The notes: a model not told the origin generated them from the letters alone. A stretch of DNA of 57,171 bases from Bacteroidales bacterium UBA6340 (GCA_002440265.1 DJSG01000031.1:1-57171); one strand, 5' to 3'. Shown: positions 8,032-18,486, numbered from the stretch's first letter. Translations and numbers: made by a program.

Positions 8032-10851
8032 ATGTTCGCCATCCGCAGGAGAATACAAGTAGTTTTCAGTCTGCTGTTTATCACGATAGCGATATATGCG
8101 GACTGGACACCTGTGGTGCGGCATTTCACGCCCAACGACTATGGCGCAGGCACGCAGAACTGGGGCATTGTAGAGCAGGCAAACGGCTGGATATATGTTG
8201 CCAATAATTACGGATTATTGGAGTTTGACGGCAGCCGTTGGTGTCTCTATGGCATCAGCAATTCCACGGCAGTTCGCTCAGTGGCACGTGGTGCCAACGG
8301 GGACATCTATGTGGGCGGGACAGATGAGTTCGGTGTGTTCTCGCCCGATGCCTATGGGGGGCTGACCTATCGCAGTCTGTCTGACAGTCTGCCGGTGCGC
8401 TATCGGCAGTTTGGCGAGGTGTGGAAGATACATATTGCCGAGAATGCGCTCTATATACAGTCACGCAACTACATCTTTATCAACGACTTGCACGGGCACA
8501 CCGAAGTGATTGATGCGGGGGCGGTTGTCTATGCCTCTGTTCTCGTGGACGGCAATCTGTATGTGGCTACTTCGCGTGATATCTATGTGCTCAATGGCAA
8601 CCGTCTGCATGCCTTGCGGGGTGCGGAGGGATTGCATGGGGCGGTGGTGAGTGCTATGCTGCCCTACCGCGAGCACGGTGTGCTGATTGCTACGGACTTT
8701 CGGGGGGTGTACCTCTATGACGGTGAGCAGATACGCCGATTCAAGACCGAAGCAGATAACTATATCGTTGCCAACCAACTATATACGGTAGCAGCAGGTG
8801 AACATTGCCTGGCGTTTGGCACAGTACGTAAAGGCGTGGTACTTACCGACTTGGATGGAAAGCATTGTCGTTATATGACGCGTGAAGACGGGTTGCAAAA
8901 CAATACCGTACTCAGTATGCTTTTCGACAGCCGCGACAATCTATGGATGGGATTGGACAACGGCATGGATATGATGTCCTCTCTGGCACCGGTGATGTAC
9001 TGGCACGACAAGGACATTGATTACGGTTCGGGCTATACGGCTTGTGAATATCAAGGTACATTGTATCTCGGCACCAATCAGGGATTATACGCTGTCCGCA
9101 AAGGCTGTCCGGAGGGGAGTATGTGTCTTGTTGAGGGCAGCCTCGGACAAGTATGGAGCGTGGCTGAGGTATGTGGCACGTTGTTCTGCTGCCATAACAG
9201 AGGACTATTTACGGTACAGCACAACCGTCTTGTCCCCATAGAGACGGGCGATGGCGTGTGGAGCGTGAAACCATTGTCAGACAACGAGGCTATTGCGGGT
9301 AGTTATGCAGGGTTTTACTACCTCAGCAAGCAGGGCGGTATATGGAAAATCAGGCACTTGGACGGCTTCGCAGCGACTTCCCTCTATTATGAGACTGATG
9401 CTGCTGGGCATATCTGGTTGTTGACCTCACAGGGTGTGGAACGCCTGGCTATAGACAAGAGCAACTATCACATTGACAGCGAATTGGTAATTCCCCAACC
9501 GGCTGCCGAGCGTACCTATTCTCTGGCACGCCTGCAAGATGAAGTATGGCTCACATCCGACAACTACTGTGGCATTATCGGTGCAGACGGTATCCTCCGT
9601 GCAGATAGTTTGCAAGCCGACCAGTTGTCCGGTACACAACGTTATATTCTGCTGACAGAGGACTATGCCGGCAACATCTGGTATATGTACAACGGGCGGT
9701 TCAAAGTCAAACCTTTTGATGCCTCTCGTCAGACGTATGGTGTATCGCGCGAGTTGCTCCATAATCCCGACCTGCTTATCGGCGGTTTTGCCAATATCTG
9801 TTTTCTGTCCGACGGGGATGCCGTGATTGGCGGTGTGAACGGCTTTTTCCGACTGAACGGAACGGCTACATCGGTGTCTCCACACTCCGAAGCACTCTAT
9901 ATACGCAGTATCAAGACGCTGCAGCCCAAGCCTGCGGTGGTATACGGCGAGTCCTATCCGTTGCGCACACATTCATTGACTCTGCCGGCGGATGTCTATT
10001 CGCTGCAAGTGCAGGTATGCGGCAGTGATGTTACCCGGGAGCGGGTGCTTTACCGCACGCGGCTCACACCAACCGAACAGGAATTTACAGAGTGGAAGAC
10101 CACTCCTTCACGCGAGTTTATCGGTCTGCAGTCAGGGAAATACAACCTTGATGTTGAGATGCTAACGCGTGATGACACCATTCTTTCGCGCACATTGCCG
10201 ATTGAAATAGAGACACCATTCTATCAAACAATATGGGCAAGGCTCATCTATATGTTTGTCCTACTTCTGTTGATGTTGTATATCTCGTGGCGCATCTATC
10301 GCCATGTGCAAGCGGGTAAGCAGCGTATCGCGCAGGAGAAAAACGAAGAGATACGGCAGCAGCAGTTGCGTATCTTGCAATTGGAGAACGAGAAAGCACA
10401 GTACGACCTCCAAAACAAGAGTCGGGAACTGAGCAACGCCCTGCTCAACGAAGCCAACCGAAAGGAGTGGAATCAGGAGATACTGAGCGAGATACGCCGT
10501 ATCGTGGATTGTATGAACAGCGATCGTCTCGTCGAAGCCAAAGGACGTATGCAGAATCTCCAGAACCGTCTCTCGCGCAATGGCGAGACCAACGTGGACT
10601 GGAAACGGTTTGAAGAGAACTTCGATATGGTGAACAACCATTTTATCCAACGCCTGCAAGAGCAGTACCCATGGATGAGCAAGCAGGAGCGCAAACTATG
10701 TGTCTATATCAAGATGGGCTTGATGACCAAAGAGATAGCCCCGTTGATGAACATCACCGTCCGCGGCGTAGAGATGATGCGCTACCGCCTACGCACCAAG
10801 ATGAACCTTGACTCCCAGACCAATCTCAGCCAACTGCTAAACACCTTGTGA
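8032..10851 (+). CDS. sensor/regulator with beta-propeller repeats, a Y_Y_Y domain, a TM helix and a LuxR-type HTH
   Basis: Reg_prop-like repeats (GTQNWGIVEQANGWIYVANNYGLLEFDG). Y_Y_Y-like segment YRTRLTPTEQEFTEWK...GKYNLDVEM. TM helix IWARLIYMFVLLLLMLYISW. C-terminal LTKQERKLCVYIKMGLMTKEIAPLMNITVRGVEMMRYRLRTK. Confidence 0.85.
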   Translation: MFAIRRRIQVVFSLLFITIAIYADWTPVVRHFTPNDYGAGTQNWGIVEQANGWIYVANNYGLLEFDGSRWCLYGISNSTAVRSVARGANGDIYVGGTDEFGVFSPDAYGGLTYRSLSDSLPVRYRQFGEVWKIHIAENALYIQSRNYIFINDLHGHTEVIDAGAVVYASVLVDGNLYVATSRDIYVLNGNRLHALRGAEGLHGAVVSAMLPYREHGVLIATDFRGVYLYDGEQIRRFKTEADNYIVANQLYTVAAGEHCLAFGTVRKGVVLTDLDGKHCRYMTREDGLQNNTVLSMLFDSRDNLWMGLDNGMDMMSSLAPVMYWHDKDIDYGSGYTACEYQGTLYLGTNQGLYAVRKGCPEGSMCLVEGSLGQVWSVAEVCGTLFCCHNRGLFTVQHNRLVPIETGDGVWSVKPLSDNEAIAGSYAGFYYLSKQGGIWKIRHLDGFAATSLYYETDAAGHIWLLTSQGVERLAIDKSNYHIDSELVIPQPAAERTYSLARLQDEVWLTSDNYCGIIGADGILRADSLQADQLSGTQRYILLTEDYAGNIWYMYNGRFKVKPFDASRQTYGVSRELLHNPDLLIGGFANICFLSDGDAVIGGVNGFFRLNGTATSVSPHSEALYIRSIKTLQPKPAVVYGESYPLRTHSLTLPADVYSLQVQVCGSDVTRERVLYRTRLTPTEQEFTEWKTTPSREFIGLQSGKYNLDVEMLTRDDTILSRTLPIEIETPFYQTIWARLIYMFVLLLLMLYISWRIYRHVQAGKQRIAQEKNEEIRQQQLRILQLENEKAQYDLQNKSRELSNALLNEANRKEWNQEILSEIRRIVDCMNSDRLVEAKGRMQNLQNRLSRNGETNVDWKRFEENFDMVNNHFIQRLQEQYPWMSKQERKLCVYIKMGLMTKEIAPLMNITVRGVEMMRYRLRTKMNLDSQTNLSQLLNTL

Positions 10852-10878
10852 ACGCAACGTTGAACTGACTATCACTCA

Positions 10879-11997
10879 CTATTGTTTTTTCAGTGCGTTT
10901 ACCAACATACCGCAGGCTGCAAGGATGTCTTCTCCACGGCTGCGGCGTATGGTGGTGGTGAGACCATGAGCGGTCAGGTAGTCGCGCAGCCACTCCATCT
11001 GACGCTCATTGCTTGAGGGAAAGGTGATTTGGTTCTCCCTGTGCGACACCTCTTCCACACCCGCATGAAAGCGTATGAGGTTGATGCGGCAGTCCAATCC
11101 GCGGAGCAAGCGCAGGAGTTCATTGGCGTGCTTGGGTGTGTCGTTCACTCCTGCCCAGCAGATATACTCGAAACTGACACGGCGTTGGTGCTGCCAGTCG
11201 TATTGTTTCAAGAGGGTAACCACCTCGGAAAGAGGGTATGCCTTCTCTATAGGCATAATGGCTTGACGTTCTACACCAAACGGATTGTGCAGTGAGACAG
11301 CCAGATGGCAGTCGCACTCCTCGATATAGCGTTTGAGTGCGGGTACAATACCTACCGATGACACCGTGATACGTTTTGGGGACCATGCGCAGCCCCATGC
11401 GGCAGTCATCACTTGCAACGAGCGCAACACATTGTCGAGGTTATCCATAGGCTCCCCCTCGCCCATATAGACGATGTTGGTCAAAGGACCGACCCCTCCA
11501 AGCCCCCCCAGATGGGGGGATGACAAAACGGAGGCACTTTGTTTGTTATTAGATAGTTTGGGGTTGTCGGAGGTCAGGGGGAAATAGAGAATCTGGTTCA
11601 GTATCTCGGCGGCAGGCAGTTGTCCGTGAAAGCCCAATGTGCCTGTCATGCAGAACTTACAGCCCATCTTGCAGCCCGCCTGCGTGCTGACACATAGTGT
11701 AGCGCGGTCGTTATCCGGTATATAGACAGACTCTATATACTGCTCGCCCACTTGGAAGAGGTACTTGTGCGTGCCGTCTTCCGACACGGCTTCCGCCACC
11801 GGCGCATGGCGGCCGATGGTGTACTTCGCCCGCAGTGCTTCCCTACCGCGCAGTGAGATATTGGTCATCTCATCGAAAGTAGTGGCACGGCGCACGTACA
11901 GCCATTCCGCCAACTGCTTACCGGCAAAACGCGGTAGCCCTGCATCCAGGGCTACCGCTTGCAATTCCTCTAATGTGAGACCCAAGAGGCTTACCAT
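10879..11997 (-). CDS. rlmN: 23S rRNA/tRNA adenine-C2 methyltransferase RlmN (radical SAM)
   Basis: [11 protein letters not shown] radical-SAM cluster, MGEGEP, and [11 protein letters not shown]. The start overlaps the glyA stop (ATGGTAA). Confidence 0.93.
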   Translation of the reverse strand: MVSLLGLTLEELQAVALDAGLPRFAGKQLAEWLYVRRATTFDEMTNISLRGREALRAKYTIGRHAPVAEAVSEDGTHKYLFQVGEQYIESVYIPDNDRATLCVSTQAGCKMGCKFCMTGTLGFHGQLPAAEILNQILYFPLTSDNPKLSNNKQSASVLSSPHLGGLGGVGPLTNIVYMGEGEPMDNLDNVLRSLQVMTAAWGCAWSPKRITVSSVGIVPALKRYIEECDCHLAVSLHNPFGVERQAIMPIEKAYPLSEVVTLLKQYDWQHQRRVSFEYICWAGVNDTPKHANELLRLLRGLDCRINLIRFHAGVEEVSHRENQITFPSSNERQMEWLRDYLTAHGLTTTIRRSRGEDILAACGMLVNALKKQ

Positions 11998-13271
11998 CCG
12001 AACAACGGATACTGTGTCATCTCACGATTTACCTCCTCGCGAACCTTGGCGATATTGGCTTCACATTCAGGGTTTTGGAGTACGGTGTCAATCAAGTCCA
12101 CAATCCATGGCATCTTGTCTTCTTTCAGTCCGCGTGTGGTGATGGCAGGTGTGCCGAAACGCAGACCACTGGTCTGGAAAGCGGAACGGGAGTCGAAAGG
12201 TACCATATTCTTGTTGGTGGTGATGTCGGCAGCCACAAGTGCTTTTTCGGCAACCTTGCCTGTCAAATCAGGATACTTGGTGCGCAGGTCCACCAACATG
12301 GAGTGATTGTCCGTGCCACCAGAGATAATCTTGTAGCCCTTCTGTATGAATGCCTCTGCCATTACCGACGCATTCAACTTCACTTGCTGCTGATATACTT
12401 TGAATTGCGGTTCGAGAGCCTCGCCGAAAGCCACCGCCTTGGCAGCAATCACGTGCTCCAACGGTCCGCCTTGCACGCCCGGGAAGACAGCAGAGTCAAG
12501 CAATGCCGACATCATCTTTATCTCGCCTTTCGGGGTTGTCTTGCCCCATGGGTTGGGGAAGTCTTTGCCTACCAGTATGACACCGCCACGGGGACCGCGG
12601 AGGGTCTTATGGGTTGTCGAGGTAACAATATGCGCATACTTAACCGGATTCTCCAGCAGTCCTGCGGCAATCAGACCTGCGGGGTGAGCCATATCCACCA
12701 TAAAGATAGCACCTATCTCGTCAGCCACACGGCGGATACGTGCATAGTCCCACTCGCGGCTGTATGCACTTGCCCCTGCAATAATCAGTTTGGGCTTCTT
12801 CTCGCGTGCCACTTGCTCCAGTTGGTCATAGTCCACACGCCCCGTGTCCTCGCGCAGGTTGTATTCCAACGCATGGAACATGATACCCGAAAAGTTGACA
12901 GGCGACCCGTGCGAGAGGTGCCCGCCATGGCTCAGGTTCAAGCCAAGGAAGGTGTCGCCTGCCTGCAGGCAAGCCATAAACACAGCCATATTAGCCTGTG
13001 CGCCCGAGTGGGGTTGTACGTTCACATACTCAGCCCCGAAGAGTCGGCGGAGCCTGTCGCGTGCAATGTTCTCGCTCTGGTCCACCACTTCGCAACCGCC
13101 ATAGTAGCGTTTTCCCGGGTAGCCCTCGGCATATTTGTTGGTAAGTACGCTTCCCATGGCTTCCATCACTTGGTCGCTCACGAAGTTTTCACTGGCAATC
13201 AGTTCGATGCCTTTTGTCTGACGTTCCCGCTCACGGCGGATGATGTCAAAAATCTCTACGTCTCGAGTCAT
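11991..13271 (-). CDS. glyA: serine hydroxymethyltransferase
   Basis: Full-length SHMT-like protein with the [15 protein letters not shown]-lysine motif. Confidence 0.97.
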   Translation of the reverse strand: MTRDVEIFDIIRRERERQTKGIELIASENFVSDQVMEAMGSVLTNKYAEGYPGKRYYGGCEVVDQSENIARDRLRRLFGAEYVNVQPHSGAQANMAVFMACLQAGDTFLGLNLSHGGHLSHGSPVNFSGIMFHALEYNLREDTGRVDYDQLEQVAREKKPKLIIAGASAYSREWDYARIRRVADEIGAIFMVDMAHPAGLIAAGLLENPVKYAHIVTSTTHKTLRGPRGGVILVGKDFPNPWGKTTPKGEIKMMSALLDSAVFPGVQGGPLEHVIAAKAVAFGEALEPQFKVYQQQVKLNASVMAEAFIQKGYKIISGGTDNHSMLVDLRTKYPDLTGKVAEKALVAADITTNKNMVPFDSRSAFQTSGLRFGTPAITTRGLKEDKMPWIVDLIDTVLQNPECEANIAKVREEVNREMTQYPLFGW

Positions 13272-13320
13272 GTTCGTTCGATTATTTAGTTTTTAAGGTT
13301 GTGCATTGTCATTTGCGGCA

Positions 13321-13328
13321 CAAAGATA
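13321..13328 (-). promoter_or_regulatory. -7 box TAtcTTTG (glyA promoter)
   Basis: Plus-strand caaagata within gcggcacaaagatactgctttt. Confidence 0.5.
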
Positions 13329-13355
13329 CTGCTTTTCCATGAGATACACAAACAC

Positions 13356-13499
13356 AATGCGCAATGTGCAATGCGTAATGCACCATGCCATTTATATTGA
13401 CGGCTCAATCACATACTAATCACATACTAATATCATACTCTTAACCCGATATGAAATCGGGTTAAGAGTAGTAATAGGTAATGGTTAATAGTTAATGTG
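13356..13499. repeat. composite module: AATGCNN heptamers, 11-mers, a 13-bp hairpin, then TAAT heptamers
   Basis: 5 x AATGCNN (13356-13390). gacggctcaatc. 3 x aatcacatact (13407-13439). Perfect hairpin ctcttaacccgat/atcgggttaagag (13438-13468). gtaatag/gtaatgg/ttaatag heptamers (13469-13499). Confidence 0.85.
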
Positions 13500-13606
13500 T
13501 TTTGTTAATCTACTTTGGGGAGATGTGGTTTCCGAGGCACGGAGGCGGACAAGGGGCAAAATAAGACAAAAAGCGGGTTGGTGTTGCAGGAATCCGGAAA
13601 TTGTAG

Positions 13607-13614
13607 TACCTTTG
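13607..13614 (+). promoter_or_regulatory. -7 box TAccTTTG
   Basis: ttgtagtacctttgcacg, 91 nt upstream of the ATG at 13705. Confidence 0.5.
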
Positions 13615-13704
13615 CACGATTTTTCGGCTATATAACAAATGCATTGAGTTAGACATAGCAGGACGAGCAAATAATCAATGTTTTACTAATAAAATAATAG
13701 TGTT

Positions 13705-14199
13705 ATGAAGAAGAGTTTCTTTTTAGTGGCTGTAATGGCAGTTCTCGGTGCAGCAACAGCAGTTGCACAGCCCCGTGCTATTGGTGCGAATTTGGGTTAT
13801 GGTATTGGTTTCTCTTATCAACATGGTTTTGGGACATCCAACATGTTGGATGTTGCCGTTGACGTTCCGTTCTTCAATGGTGTCGGAGGTATCGTTACCT
13901 ATGATTGGATAGACCCTTTTAGCACCGCTGTTCCGTGGGATTACAAAGGTGAATGGCATTGGTATATGGGTGTCGGAGGTACAGCCGGAATGTATGGTTT
14001 TTATGGTGCAGACGGTATTGGATGGTATGCAGGTGTAGCCGGGCATATCGGCATAGAATATGACTTCTGGTTTCCTCTCCAACTTTCGTTGGATTGGCGT
14101 CCGAACATTGGTGTAACGAACTGGGGATATGATAAAATCGGATTTAATACCGGTGGTCTCTATAGCGGTATCAGTCTCGGCGTGCGCTACAAGTTCTAA
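13705..14199 (+). CDS. small outer-membrane beta-barrel protein
   Basis: Signal peptide MKKSFFLVAVMAVLGAATAVAQ. Gly/aromatic-rich alternating strands. C-terminal ...GVRYKF. Confidence 0.6.
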   Translation: MKKSFFLVAVMAVLGAATAVAQPRAIGANLGYGIGFSYQHGFGTSNMLDVAVDVPFFNGVGGIVTYDWIDPFSTAVPWDYKGEWHWYMGVGGTAGMYGFYGADGIGWYAGVAGHIGIEYDFWFPLQLSLDWRPNIGVTNWGYDKIGFNTGGLYSGISLGVRYKF

Positions 14200-14227
14200 G
14201 CAATACTTCGATAGGTCTTAAAGAACT

Positions 14228-14335
14228 TAGGACCTCCCCAAACCCCTCCTACATAGGAGATAAGACCTCCCCAGACCCCTCCTGAAAAGGAGATAGGACC
14301 TTCCCAAACCCCTCCTGAAAAGGAGGGGCTTTTTG
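14228..14335 (+). repeat. 3 tandem 33-nt units of the CCCCTCC family, the last forming a terminator
   Basis: taggacctccccaaacccctcctacataggaga / taagacctccccagacccctcctgaaaaggaga / taggaccttcccaaacccctcctgaaaaggagg. The final unit gives the stem cccctcct-gaaa-aggagggg followed by cttttt (14309-14335). Confidence 0.9.
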
Positions 14336-14336
14336 T

Positions 14337-14392
14337 TGATTGTAGTTGTTGTATTGGTTGTTGGTTAGTTGTTGTCTGTTGTTGACAAAGGA
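14337..14392. repeat. GT-rich degenerate heptamer array
   Basis: tgtagtt gttgtat tggttgt tggttag ttgttgt ctgttgt. Confidence 0.7.
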
Positions 14393-14528
14393 AGTTCCAT
14401 CATTCTACGATAAGCATTATCCACAAGCAATGCGACCGCAATAGTGCACGAATTAAGAAAGAACAAGAATGAAGGGTTAAGAATTGCAACTAACGTCTTG
14501 ATTATTTGTGCAGGTGCAAATAATTCGC

Positions 14529-14536
14529 TATCTTTG
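14529..14536 (+). promoter_or_regulatory. -7 box TAtcTTTG
   Basis: ttcgctatctttgttgcgg, 80 nt upstream of the GTG at 14616. Confidence 0.45.
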
Positions 14537-14615
14537 TTGCGGTTTTTGAGGTTGCGGGATTTTGCTGTAGTGTTTTTTGAGAGGGATACCCGTTTTATTG
14601 ATTAGTATTTGATTT

Positions 14616-15830
14616 GTGTTGAGAAAACTACGTTTTTTGATATGCCTGTCGGCTATGATAATGCCCCTCGCCGCTGTGGCACAGACAGTGGACGAGGATG
14701 AGATGCTACTGCAACTGGTGGCACAACAGAGCCGCGAGATACATGCCAATGATACGCTTTGGAAGCAGTATGTGTCCCCCTTGTGTCTGCCGTTGGTGTA
14801 TATTGCCGAACCTATCCGCTCGCTGAAAGACACCACAGAAGACCGCTATTCATTGTCATCCATCCGCATGAATGCACGACGCTATATCACTATGCACGAC
14901 GCCAACCTGTATGTAGCGGTGCATGACCCGTCGAAGATAGAAGTAATTGATGAAGAGCCTATTAAGATACCCCGTGCCATTGTGCGGGATATGGAAGAGG
15001 ACAAGTTGGATATAGCCCGTGCGTTGCGTGAGCGCAACTCGTATTGGCGCAGGGAAATCAACCTGTCAGCCCAAGTGACCCAGAACTATGCCACCGAAAA
15101 CTGGTATCAAGGGGCTGTCAATTCGTTTGCCACGCTCACAAGCGTGAAGGGATATATCAACTACAAGCGCAAGAACTTTGTGTGGGAAAACAATGGGGAA
15201 TGGCGTACAGGTTTCAGCACCGTGAGCGGGGATACTCTCCGCAAACTCAATACCACCGATGACATCTTCCGGCTATCCAGCAAGGTAGGCTATCAGGTGC
15301 ACAAGCAGTGGTATGTGTCCCTGATGGGCGAGTTCCGCACCAATTTCTGGAACACGTGGCGCAAGAACAAACGGGAGTTGGCGTCGTCTTTCCTAACACC
15401 TATACGGTTCACATTGGGACTCGGTGTGGACTACCAACCTCTTGACGGCTTGAATATCAACTTGTCTCCCGCAGCCTACAAGTTGGTGTATGCCCTCCGC
15501 GAAGACCCGAAGTTGGTGGATGTGACGGAATACGGTATTGAGGCAGGCAATGATTTGCTGAGCGAGTTTGGTAGTTCCGTCCGCGTGGACTGGAAATGGA
15601 AGCCCCTCCGCGAAATAGAGATGGAGACAAAGTTCTATTTCTTCACCAACTACTATCGTGTGGAGACGGAGTTGGAACTGGACTTCAACTTCATCATCAA
15701 CCGCTACCTGTCAGCCAAGGTGATGCTCCACCCGCGCTATGACAGCACCACCGAGGTCAAGGAAGGACGCAAATCCAAACTCCAGTTCAAGGAACTTATC
15801 AGTATAGGTTTCTCACACACATTCCGGTAG
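14616..15830 (+). CDS. outer-membrane protein, DUF3078-like (GTG start)
   Basis: Signal peptide (M)LRKLRFLICLSAMIMPLAAVAQ. SAQVTQNYATENWYQGAVNSF resembles the remembered DUF3078 SQ..NW..GG.NS pattern. Ends ...GFSHTFR. Confidence 0.6.
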   Translation: MLRKLRFLICLSAMIMPLAAVAQTVDEDEMLLQLVAQQSREIHANDTLWKQYVSPLCLPLVYIAEPIRSLKDTTEDRYSLSSIRMNARRYITMHDANLYVAVHDPSKIEVIDEEPIKIPRAIVRDMEEDKLDIARALRERNSYWRREINLSAQVTQNYATENWYQGAVNSFATLTSVKGYINYKRKNFVWENNGEWRTGFSTVSGDTLRKLNTTDDIFRLSSKVGYQVHKQWYVSLMGEFRTNFWNTWRKNKRELASSFLTPIRFTLGLGVDYQPLDGLNINLSPAAYKLVYALREDPKLVDVTEYGIEAGNDLLSEFGSSVRVDWKWKPLREIEMETKFYFFTNYYRVETELELDFNFIINRYLSAKVMLHPRYDSTTEVKEGRKSKLQFKELISIGFSHTFR

Positions 15831-15887
15831 AGCCATCCAAAGTGGATTTTTTCCACGGATAGTCGCCTATATATTTGGCAATCCGAG

Positions 15888-15931
15888 ACAAAAAACACAA
15901 GTACAGCACTTCTTCTATAAAGTGCTGCTAC
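15888..15931 (-). terminator. terminator downstream of tRNA-Pro
   Basis: Stem cagcactt/aagtgctg, followed on the minus strand by cttgtgttttttg. Confidence 0.55.
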
Positions 15932-15953
15932 AGTTGCAGATGACAGGTGTAAG

Positions 15954-16026
15954 TCGAGAAGAGGCGACTCGAACGCCCGACCCCCACGTCCCGAACGTGG
16001 TGCGCTACCAACTGCGCTACTTCTCG
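15954..16026 (-). tRNA. tRNA-Pro (anticodon CGG)
   Basis: Hand-folded cloverleaf: acceptor CGAGAAG/CTTCTCG, D-arm GCGC-AGTTGGTA-GCGC, anticodon arm CCACG-TTCGGGA-CGTGG, T-arm GGGCG-TTCGAGT-CGCCT, discriminator A. No encoded CCA. Confidence 0.9.
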
Positions 16027-16063
16027 TCGAAAGAATGAAACATTGTTCTTCCGAATTGGGTTG

Positions 16064-16071
16064 CAAAGGTA
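16064..16071 (-). promoter_or_regulatory. -7 box TAccTTTG (tRNA-Pro promoter)
   Basis: The minus strand reads aaaaaagcagtacctttgcaaccc, the strongest local consensus. Confidence 0.6.
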
Positions 16072-16118
16072 CTGCTTTTTTATCACGTGTGCAAATAAAA
16101 TCGCACTACTCTGCAAAT

Positions 16119-18443
16119 TTATTTTGTCTTTCTGCGTGCGAAACTTCGTTTGCCACCGGTAGGAGATGTCGTCTCGATGATGTGGCGGCAGTCTGCTTCC
16201 GTCAGGGATTTTGGATCTGTACCTGCAGGGATTTTGTAGTTGCCGGTAGGTGCTTTGATATAGGCACCATAGCGTCCGTTGAGCACTTGGATGTCTCCGA
16301 AAGTGCTGATAGGTTCCTGTGCCTGCTTTTTCTGCTCCAGCAACTCCTGCGCCTGCTCGGGCGTGATGTGGTACGGGTCTATGGTACGGGGTATGCTGAC
16401 AAAGGTCTTGTCAATACGCAGGTAGGGTCCGAACTTGCCTTCACCTACGATGACATCCTGTCCGTCGTATTGGCAAAGCGTGTATGGCATGGCAGAACGG
16501 AACAGTTCAAGAGCCTCATCGAGTGTGATAGTGAAGATACTCTGTCCCTTTTTCAGCGAAGCAAAGCGCGGTTTCTTGTCGTCGCTGTTGCCTATCTGAA
16601 TGCACGGTCCATTCTTGCTGATACGTGCAAAGACGGGTTCTCCCGTCTCAGGGTCGGTGCCGAGTTGGCGTGCCGCCATCTTGCCCGCAGGCACACTCTC
16701 TATCAAAGGATGGAAAGCGTGGTAGAATTGGTCCACGGTCTGTACCCAATCCGCCTTGCCTGCTGCTATAGAGTCAAAGTTCTCCTCCTCGTGTGCCGTG
16801 AAGTCGTAACTGAGGATGGTAGGGAACTGCTCCACGAGAAAGTCGTTGGTGATACGTCCGAGGTCGGTTGGCAGCAGTTTGCCGCTGTCGGCACCTACCT
16901 GCTCTGTCTTGGTGGTGTCGGTGATTTGCCCGTCTTTGAGTATCAATTGGTTGTAGTCACGTTGTGTGCCAGGCACGTTGCCGCGCTCGACATATTGGCG
17001 TGACTGTATGGTTTCAATAACCGTAGCATAGGTGGAGGGTCGCCCGATGCCTAACTCCTCCATGCGTTTGACAAGGGAAGCCTCGGTGTATCGTGACGGT
17101 TGCTTGGTGAAACTCTCCGTAGCAGATACCTGTTCGGCAGTGAGGAGTTGCCCTTCTTTCATGTCTGGCAGTGCGGTAACGGTCTCTTCCGTCTCGTCGT
17201 CAGTACCCTGTGCATACACGCGCATAAAGCCATCGAAAGTGATGACCTCGTTGGTAGCCACCCATATATACGGTGAATTGCTGACGGTGACTTCCATACG
17301 AGTGGTGTCGGTCTGCGCGTCCGCCATCTGGCTTGCCAAGGCACGCTTGCGAATGAGGTCGTAGAGCCTTTTCTCATCGGTGTTGGCACCTGCGGTCGGG
17401 ACATTCATATAGGTAGGTCGAATGGCTTCGTGTGCCTCTTGTGCGCCTTTGGAAGAGGTCTGGTATTGCCGCGCTTTGTGGTAGTTTTCTCCGTATTCAC
17501 GCAGGATTTCCTCTTTGGCAGTGCCGAGAGCCAGTGTGCTGAGGTGCACGGAGTCGGTACGCATGTAGGTGATATGTCCTGCTTCGTAGAGCGACTGTGC
17601 AAGGCGCATGGTCTTGGATACCGTGAAGCGCAATTTACGCGCCGCCTCCTGTTGGAGAGACGATGTCGTGAAAGGCGGTGCGGGAGAGCGGTGTCCGGGC
17701 TTGTGGGTGATAGCGGACAGGCGGTATTCGGCTTGCATACAGGCGTTGAGGAAGTCCACCGCCTCCTGCTTGGTGGCAAAGCGATGGTTGAGTTCGGTGT
17801 TGAGCAGCACTTGTTGTCCGCGTTGGTTCTGTCCGATGAAGACGGCATTGAGACGGTATTGCGCAGCAGAGCGGAAGTTCTCTATCTCGCGTTCGCGCTC
17901 GACAATGAGCCGTACAGCCACCGATTGGACACGCCCGGCACTAAGTCCGGTGCTGACTTTCCTCCAGAGAACGGGACTGAGTTCAAAGCCGACTATGCGG
18001 TCGAGGACACGCCGTGCCTGCTGCGCATTGACGAGATTGTAATCAATATCGCGCGGGTGCTGAATGGCATCCTGTATGGCAGTCTTCGTAATCTCGTGGA
18101 AGACAATACGATGTGTGTGCTCGGGACGGAGTTTGAGTACCTCTTTGAGGTGCCATGCGATAGCCTCTCCCTCGCGGTCTTCATCGCTTGCGAGCCATAC
18201 GGTGTCGGCTTTTTTTGCCTCTTTGGAGAGTGTATCGATGAGGTGGTGCTTCTGCGGGTCCACGACATAGTTGGGCGCATAGCCGTGCGCGAAATCAATA
18301 CCGATACTATTGCCGGCGGTGCCTTCGATGTCGCGTATATGCCCTTGTGAGGACAGGACATGGAAATCGGAACCGAGGAACTTCTCTATGGTTTTTGCCT
18401 TAGCCGGGGACTCTACAATCACTAAATTCTTGCTCATACTCAA
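16119..18443 (-). CDS. topA: DNA topoisomerase I
   Basis: Toprim N-terminus LVIVESPAKAKTIEKFLG. 774-aa type IA topoisomerase-like protein. Confidence 0.97.
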   Translation of the reverse strand: MSMSKNLVIVESPAKAKTIEKFLGSDFHVLSSQGHIRDIEGTAGNSIGIDFAHGYAPNYVVDPQKHHLIDTLSKEAKKADTVWLASDEDREGEAIAWHLKEVLKLRPEHTHRIVFHEITKTAIQDAIQHPRDIDYNLVNAQQARRVLDRIVGFELSPVLWRKVSTGLSAGRVQSVAVRLIVEREREIENFRSAAQYRLNAVFIGQNQRGQQVLLNTELNHRFATKQEAVDFLNACMQAEYRLSAITHKPGHRSPAPPFTTSSLQQEAARKLRFTVSKTMRLAQSLYEAGHITYMRTDSVHLSTLALGTAKEEILREYGENYHKARQYQTSSKGAQEAHEAIRPTYMNVPTAGANTDEKRLYDLIRKRALASQMADAQTDTTRMEVTVSNSPYIWVATNEVITFDGFMRVYAQGTDDETEETVTALPDMKEGQLLTAEQVSATESFTKQPSRYTEASLVKRMEELGIGRPSTYATVIETIQSRQYVERGNVPGTQRDYNQLILKDGQITDTTKTEQVGADSGKLLPTDLGRITNDFLVEQFPTILSYDFTAHEEENFDSIAAGKADWVQTVDQFYHAFHPLIESVPAGKMAARQLGTDPETGEPVFARISKNGPCIQIGNSDDKKPRFASLKKGQSIFTITLDEALELFRSAMPYTLCQYDGQDVIVGEGKFGPYLRIDKTFVSIPRTIDPYHITPEQAQELLEQKKQAQEPISTFGDIQVLNGRYGAYIKAPTGNYKIPAGTDPKSLTEADCRHIIETTSPTGGKRSFARRKTK

Positions 18444-18486
18444 TGGGTTAGGCGATATTGGTTAGAAGCATCGCCGAAAACGGCTG

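Noticed and set aside
12075-13289. 404-aa ORF on the plus strand
   Set aside because: It is entirely antisense to glyA, whose product carries unmistakable SHMT motifs. The antisense product is Arg/His/Cys-rich with no recognisable motif. It is a shadow ORF typical of GC-rich coding DNA.
16035-18350. 322-aa and 306-aa plus-strand ORFs
   Set aside because: Both lie inside topA on the opposite strand. topA is full length and unambiguous.
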